A stretch of 32,217 nucleotides of DNA from an uncultured Gemella sp. (GTDB lineage Bacteria > Bacillota > Bacilli > Staphylococcales > Gemellaceae), in the NCBI GenBank assembly GCA_945869755.1, contig CAMBPW010000001.1, forward strand, positions 1-32,217, written 5' to 3'. Position 1 is the stretch's first letter. Every line of letters begins with the position of its first letter. Made by a program: the position numbers and the translations under genes. Below the pieces are notes generated by a model that was given only the letters and a program-made list of their open reading frames with translations, was not told where the DNA came from and ran no database searches. This document shows positions 28,701-32,217 of this stretch, piece by piece.

Positions 28701-29305
28701 TTTTGTGTAATTACATCAAAAGTTTTTATAGTGTCTAACTCGTCATCAAAATAATCAAGTCTTATAGGATATTCATTTAAAGGAGAATAAATATCAACTA
28801 TACTCCCTCTTTTAGAAAATTCTCCTACATTTTCTACTGAATCCACTTGATTATATCCTAAATCTAATAATTTTTTAGAAATTGAATTAAAAGATAAATA
28901 ATTATTAATATTAATTTTTATTAAATCAGACTGTAAGTCTTCTTTTCTTTTTATAGTTCTGTATAGTGCATTAACAGGTATAATTAATATCATTTTTTTA
29001 TTTGAAATTATATTATTCAAAATATGCAAAGACAACTGCACTAAATCATTGCTACTTTTTGTATATCTTTTTAATAAATCTATTTCTGGAAATATATATA
29101 TATCTTCTAAAAAACTATTTAAATCTGCAAATAAAATTTCTGCTGATTTTTTAGAATCTACTATTACTGCTGTAACTCCTTCATTTTTATTAAATTGTTT
29201 TATAATATTTAAAACTTTAGTAGTTTTACTATTACCATAATATTCTACATTTTGAAATTTATCAATTTCATATTCAAATAACGAAAGTAATTTATTTAGT
29301 AACAT
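25745..29305 (-). CDS. mfd: Transcription-repair coupling factor
   Basis: Motifs GEFSKRGSIVDI, VHVHHGIG, CGDVGFGKTEVA, IIDEEQRFGV, LSATPIPRT, QIRGRVGRS, DLSIRGAG and the C-terminal TRCF domain. Confidence 0.97.
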   Translation of the reverse strand: MLLNKLLSLFEYEIDKFQNVEYYGNSKTTKVLNIIKQFNKNEGVTAVIVDSKKSAEILFADLNSFLEDIYIFPEIDLLKRYTKSSNDLVQLSLHILNNIISNKKMILIIPVNALYRTIKRKEDLQSDLIKININNYLSFNSISKKLLDLGYNQVDSVENVGEFSKRGSIVDIYSPLNEYPIRLDYFDDELDTIKTFDVITQKSLNKIEEFIISPTTDFYLSENEKDFVVSKIEKELENEKLLEFSAYGEIKNNIVNNIKLYKEVGIFDELYSFSNYIYSDVYSISDYLINAKSIIFDNYPKILSKLQDVKEYFNIKLSEINNNYIFQNVVDLNSFVKLESIKCNKYYLSNFKNNYKNIDKQINLNAVELPFFIDEKQIVKEIISKINLGYEIVISYNKNSQRDYIERILIENNLADYIYVGIEKGKIHFEKTDYLLKGFEIEKNKFILITPSEIFKDNLNVKKKKINFKYSNSEKIRNYQDLNINDYIVHVHHGIGIYKGIENIAVSGINKDFLKIVYEDNDIIYVDIDNMKYIQKYTASTDYKKPKLNKLGTKKWQQIKNKVRKEIEDISEELIKLYIKRELNVGYAFSEEGIMQNEFEQDFLFEATNDQEKAVLEIKKDMEIDRPMDRLLCGDVGFGKTEVAMRVAFKAVMDSKQVAVLVPTTLLAEQHYNNFLERFSNFPVNIATVSRFNTSKQNNEIIEKLASGKIDIIIGTHKLLNDKFKYKDLGLLIIDEEQRFGVKHKEKIKHLKNMIDVLTLSATPIPRTLHMSLVGIRDLSVIETPPKNRQPIQTFVMSENLNVIREAVLKEIERDGQVFYIHNRVETIEEKYLELKRLLPEINIAYAHGRMTQSELEIIMSDLINKEYDMLISTTIIETGIDMPNVNTLIVEDADRFGLSQLYQIRGRVGRSSREAYAYFMYKPFKVLTENSEKRLSAIKNFTSLGSGFKIAMQDLSIRGAGDILGGKQHGFIDSVGYTLYSQMLEKELSDKKEILEPLIKVDKTQSIEYYENIIKEKTKNTNYDIFEIDENKIEIKLNVDAYIPKEYITNDADKIYFYKLINNAQNETDVLEIIDELIDRYSDYSKEVDNLINICLLKIKANKLQVLDIIELKNKIVINFDKEVLEYLNGKVLFETIYHYKELKVLSKDTLILEIEINNGYEIKDIINVLKLIMPAFERRNINEN

Positions 29306-29312
29306 AATTCTC

Positions 29313-29870
29313 CTAATTATATTTGTTCATTAAATTTAAAAATGACATTTTAGAAAAATCAGAAATGCAGTTACAAGACTTTTCATAAATGCTTTCTATT
29401 TCACTCATTTCATCTATGGAAAAATTCCCTAAAACATAATCAGAAACTTTCATCTTATTTTTAGGTCTGTCAATACCTATTTTAAGTCTATTAAAATTTT
29501 CTGTATTAAGATGTGATATTATGCTTTTAATACCATTATGACCACCACTACTACCTTTATTTCTCAATCTTAAATTTGCTGTTTTTGTATCCAAATCATC
29601 ATAAATAATTAAAAGATCTTCTATTTTTATATCAAAATAATCATAAAATTTTCTAACTGCTTCACCTGATAAATTCATATATGTGTTTGGTTTTATCAAT
29701 AAATATTTTATACCGTCAATATATCCAACTGAATAATCTGCATTAAATTTATTTTTATCAAAAGTCATATTATTTTTTTTTGCAAATTCATCAATAATAA
29801 TAAATCCAACATTATGACGTGTTTTTTCATAGTTTTTTCCTGGATTTCCTAATCCTACAATCATTTTCAT
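29313..29870 (-). CDS. pth: Peptidyl-tRNA hydrolase
   Basis: Motifs VGLGNPG, TRHNVGF, KPNTYMNLSG and GSSGGHNGIKS. Confidence 0.97.
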   Translation of the reverse strand: MKMIVGLGNPGKNYEKTRHNVGFIIIDEFAKKNNMTFDKNKFNADYSVGYIDGIKYLLIKPNTYMNLSGEAVRKFYDYFDIKIEDLLIIYDDLDTKTANLRLRNKGSSGGHNGIKSIISHLNTENFNRLKIGIDRPKNKMKVSDYVLGNFSIDEMSEIESIYEKSCNCISDFSKMSFLNLMNKYN

Positions 29871-29898
29871 AATAAAATTATCCTTTCAATTCAACGAT

Positions 29899-29922
29899 AA
29901 AAAAGGCAACAAACTGTTGCCT
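29899..29922 (-). terminator. Intrinsic terminator after prs
   Basis: Minus strand AGGCAAC-agttt-GTTGCCT followed by TTTTT. Confidence 0.75.
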
Positions 29923-29945
29923 ACTTAAATTATTAATACTAAAAA

Positions 29946-30899
29946 TTATTCAAACAATACACTAACTGGTTCATTGTGATGAATTCTGTATATTGCTTTC
30001 CCTATTAATTCACCTACACAAAGAGGAATCATATTATCTAATTTTTTATCTTCTGGAATGTTAATTGTATTTGCATATACTAATTCTTTAATAGGAGAAT
30101 TAGCTATTCTTTCTAATGCAGGACCACTAAGAACTGCATGTGAGCAACAAGCATAAACTTCTTTAGCTCCTTGTGAAAGAAGTGCTTTAGCTGCTAATGT
30201 TATAGTTCCTGCTGTATCAATAATATCATCAATTATTATACATGTTTTTCCTTCCACATTACCTACTATATTCATTACTTCTGCAACATTAGGTTTTGGA
30301 CGACGCTTATCAATTATTGCAATTGGTGTATTTAATCTATCTGCTAATTTTCTAGCTCTAGTAACTCCCCCATGATCAGGAGATACTACAACAACATCAT
30401 CAATATCAGTAAGCTTATCTTTGAAATAATCAGCTATTATTGGAACAGCCATTAAATGATCAACAGGAATATCAAAAAATCCTTGTATTTGTAAAGCATG
30501 CAAATCTAGTGATACGACTCTATCAGCACCTGCTGTTTCTAATAAGTTAGCTACTAATTTTGCAGTTATCGGCTCTCTACTTCTTGCTTTTCTATCTTGT
30601 CTAGCATATCCATAATAAGGAATTACAACATTTATTGTATCAACAGATGCTCTTTTAAGTGCATCTATCATAATAAGTAAAGTCATTAAATGTTCATTTA
30701 CAGGATTACTAGTAGATTGAATAACAAAAACTTCACTACCTCTAACACTTTCATCAATATGAATAGAAACTTCTCCATCACTAAATTTTTTTACGCTACA
30801 TTTTCCTAATTTCGCTCCTAAAGACTCTGCAATTTTTTCTGCTAATGGCAGATTGGAATCTAAAGAAAACAGCATAAGTGGTTTTTCTTCAACTAACAT
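29946..30899 (-). CDS. prs: Ribose-phosphate pyrophosphokinase
   Basis: Motifs [34 protein letters not shown] and [11 protein letters not shown]. Confidence 0.97.
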   Translation of the reverse strand: MLVEEKPLMLFSLDSNLPLAEKIAESLGAKLGKCSVKKFSDGEVSIHIDESVRGSEVFVIQSTSNPVNEHLMTLLIMIDALKRASVDTINVVIPYYGYARQDRKARSREPITAKLVANLLETAGADRVVSLDLHALQIQGFFDIPVDHLMAVPIIADYFKDKLTDIDDVVVVSPDHGGVTRARKLADRLNTPIAIIDKRRPKPNVAEVMNIVGNVEGKTCIIIDDIIDTAGTITLAAKALLSQGAKEVYACCSHAVLSGPALERIANSPIKELVYANTINIPEDKKLDNMIPLCVGELIGKAIYRIHHNEPVSVLFE

Positions 30900-31036
30900 T
30901 ATATTTCTCCTCTTTTATTAAATTTTTAGCTATAATACATAAGTACCGAAATATATTTTATCATAAATTCAGCTACATTTCTACAAAAACATAATTATTT
31001 TTAATAAAACATTTGCATTTTTTAATATAGAAAATT

Positions 31037-31062
31037 AAAAAAAAGGGATATAAATCCCTTTT
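31037..31062 (-). terminator. Intrinsic terminator after trxA
   Basis: AAAAGGGAT-ataa-ATCCCTTTT, with a long T tract on the minus strand. Confidence 0.75.
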
Positions 31063-31069
31063 AAAACTT

Positions 31070-31378
31070 TTAATTATATTTTACTAATAATTCTTTTAGA
31101 ACCTCTTTATTTTTAAATCCTGTTAATTCTTCTAACACATTTCCATCTTTTACTACTAATAATGTTGGTATAGACATTATTCCGTATTCTCCTGCTGCTT
31201 CTTGATAATCATCAATATTTATTTTTACAAAATTAATATTTTCTAACTCTCCATCTAATTCTTCTAATACTGGAGAAAGCATTTTACAAGGTCCACACCA
31301 CGGTGCCCAAAAATCTACTAAAGTTACATTATCTCCATTTAATACTTCATAAAATTCTTTATCATTTATTTCTCTCAT
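31070..31378 (-). CDS. trxA: Thioredoxin
   Basis: DFWAPWCGPCK active site and IMSIPT. Confidence 0.96.
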   Translation of the reverse strand: MREINDKEFYEVLNGDNVTLVDFWAPWCGPCKMLSPVLEELDGELENINFVKINIDDYQEAAGEYGIMSIPTLLVVKDGNVLEELTGFKNKEVLKELLVKYN

Positions 31379-31426
31379 TGATTATTTCTCCTTAAATTTT
31401 TAATATAAACATTATACTATTATTTA

Positions 31427-32217
31427 CTATTTTATTTCAACTATTGTAACACCTAATCCACCTTCATTTTGTCCACCACTTCTATAATTAGCAACATAAC
31501 GATGATTTTTCAAATATTCTGCAATATTCTTTTTTAATATACCCGATCCTACTCCGTGAATAATAGTAAAATTATCATACCCCATCAAAATTACTTTATC
31601 AATATATTCTTCAATTTCTCTAAGTGCGTCTTCTGTATTTTTACCTATAACATTAACATCTAAAGAAACGTTGCTAATATTTTTTTTAGATATTGAATAA
31701 TTAATAATATTTTCACGTTCTTTTTCAATAACTTTAATTTCTTCTCTAGTTACAAAAAGCTTTAAATGCCCCAACTTTATTTGAATTTTATTATTATTTA
31801 TAATATCTAATACACTAGCTCTCTGATTGTATTTTAAAACTAAAACATCATCACCAATATTTAACTTTTTAGTATCTTTTTCTAAAATTTTAATATTGCT
31901 AGATAATAATGGTTTATACTTATCAATTTCTGAAATTTTATCATTAAATTCATGTTGTTTTAAAACTTTGTTAGTATTTTCTTTTATACTATTATATATT
32001 ATTAACAACTCTTCCTTTTTATTTTCTATATCTTCATTAAATTCACTATATAGTTTATTATACAAACTATCTTTATATTTATAATATTCTTCTATATTAT
32101 TCTTTAAAGAATTTTTTATTTCTTTAACTTCTCTTAGTTCTTCATCTAAAATCTGTAATTTACCTTGGTATTCTTTTATATTTTCACCCAACTTCTCAAT
32201 AAGAATATTATTTTCTT
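31427..32217 (-). CDS. mutS2: MutS2 endonuclease / ribosome-collision sensor, 3' part (5' end outside window)
   Basis: Coiled coil, KOW-like segment (IGDDVLV) and C-terminal Smr domain (IIHGVGSGILK...GGLGVTIV). The frame stays open to the window edge, and mutS2-trxA order is known from staphylococci. Confidence 0.9.
   Translation of the reverse strand, partial: ENNILIEKLGENIKEYQGKLQILDEELREVKEIKNSLKNNIEEYYKYKDSLYNKLYSEFNEDIENKKEELLIIYNSIKENTNKVLKQHEFNDKISEIDKYKPLLSSNIKILEKDTKKLNIGDDVLVLKYNQRASVLDIINNNKIQIKLGHLKLFVTREEIKVIEKERENIINYSISKKNISNVSLDVNVIGKNTEDALREIEEYIDKVILMGYDNFTIIHGVGSGILKKNIAEYLKNHRYVANYRSGGQNEGGLGVTIVEIK

Noticed and set aside
1028-32084. Short ORFs from the track that overlap real genes (1028-1228, 2855-3193, 5396-5605, 9318-9542, 12049-12270, 12962-13177, 14392-14586, 14685-14867, 15800-16072, 16566-16760, 17558-17812, 18706-18933, 23966-24268, 26370-26558, 27480-27680, 29049-29240, 31827-32084)
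   Set aside because: All are antisense to well-conserved genes, show the Ser/Ile/Phe/Leu-rich shadow composition, and have no recognisable motif.
1-32217. CRISPR array, prophage, tRNA/rRNA genes, retron or other multi-gene defence system
   Set aside because: No periodic repeats or structural RNA signatures were seen. Apart from 1-510, intergenic gaps are under 200 bp, and nearly all ORFs are recognisable core genes.

Overview
This is a very AT-rich (roughly a quarter G+C by eye) chromosomal segment of a low-GC Bacillota bacterium. The proteins are Staphylococcus/Bacillus-like, and a Gemella-like host is my inference, not something I can prove. It is almost entirely core housekeeping genes on the minus strand: mutS2 (partial)-trxA, prs, pth-mfd-tag, an nfu / sufA-like / ndh cluster, class III fbp, transaldolase, tmk-holB-ricT-yabB-yazA-rsmI, rimP-nusA-ylxR-ylxQ-infB-rbfA followed by an ABC-F ATPase, sufCDSUB, and an FAH-family hydrolase with recA. 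ilvE, nfu and one membrane protein gene lie on the plus strand. I see no CRISPR array, prophage, intact mobile element, rRNA/tRNA gene or multi-gene novel system. The best leads are small. (1) An unlisted 30-aa Prli42/DUF4044-like membrane microprotein overlaps the recA stop codon. (2) A 113-aa membrane protein has a histidine-kinase H-box/DHp helix pair but no ATP-binding domain. (3) An A-type Fe-S carrier homologue has lost the canonical Cys motif and carries a 5-Cys tail. (4) A decayed IS30-family left end lies upstream of ilvE. (5) There are several gene-order departures, such as no yabA, and an ABC-F gene after rbfA.
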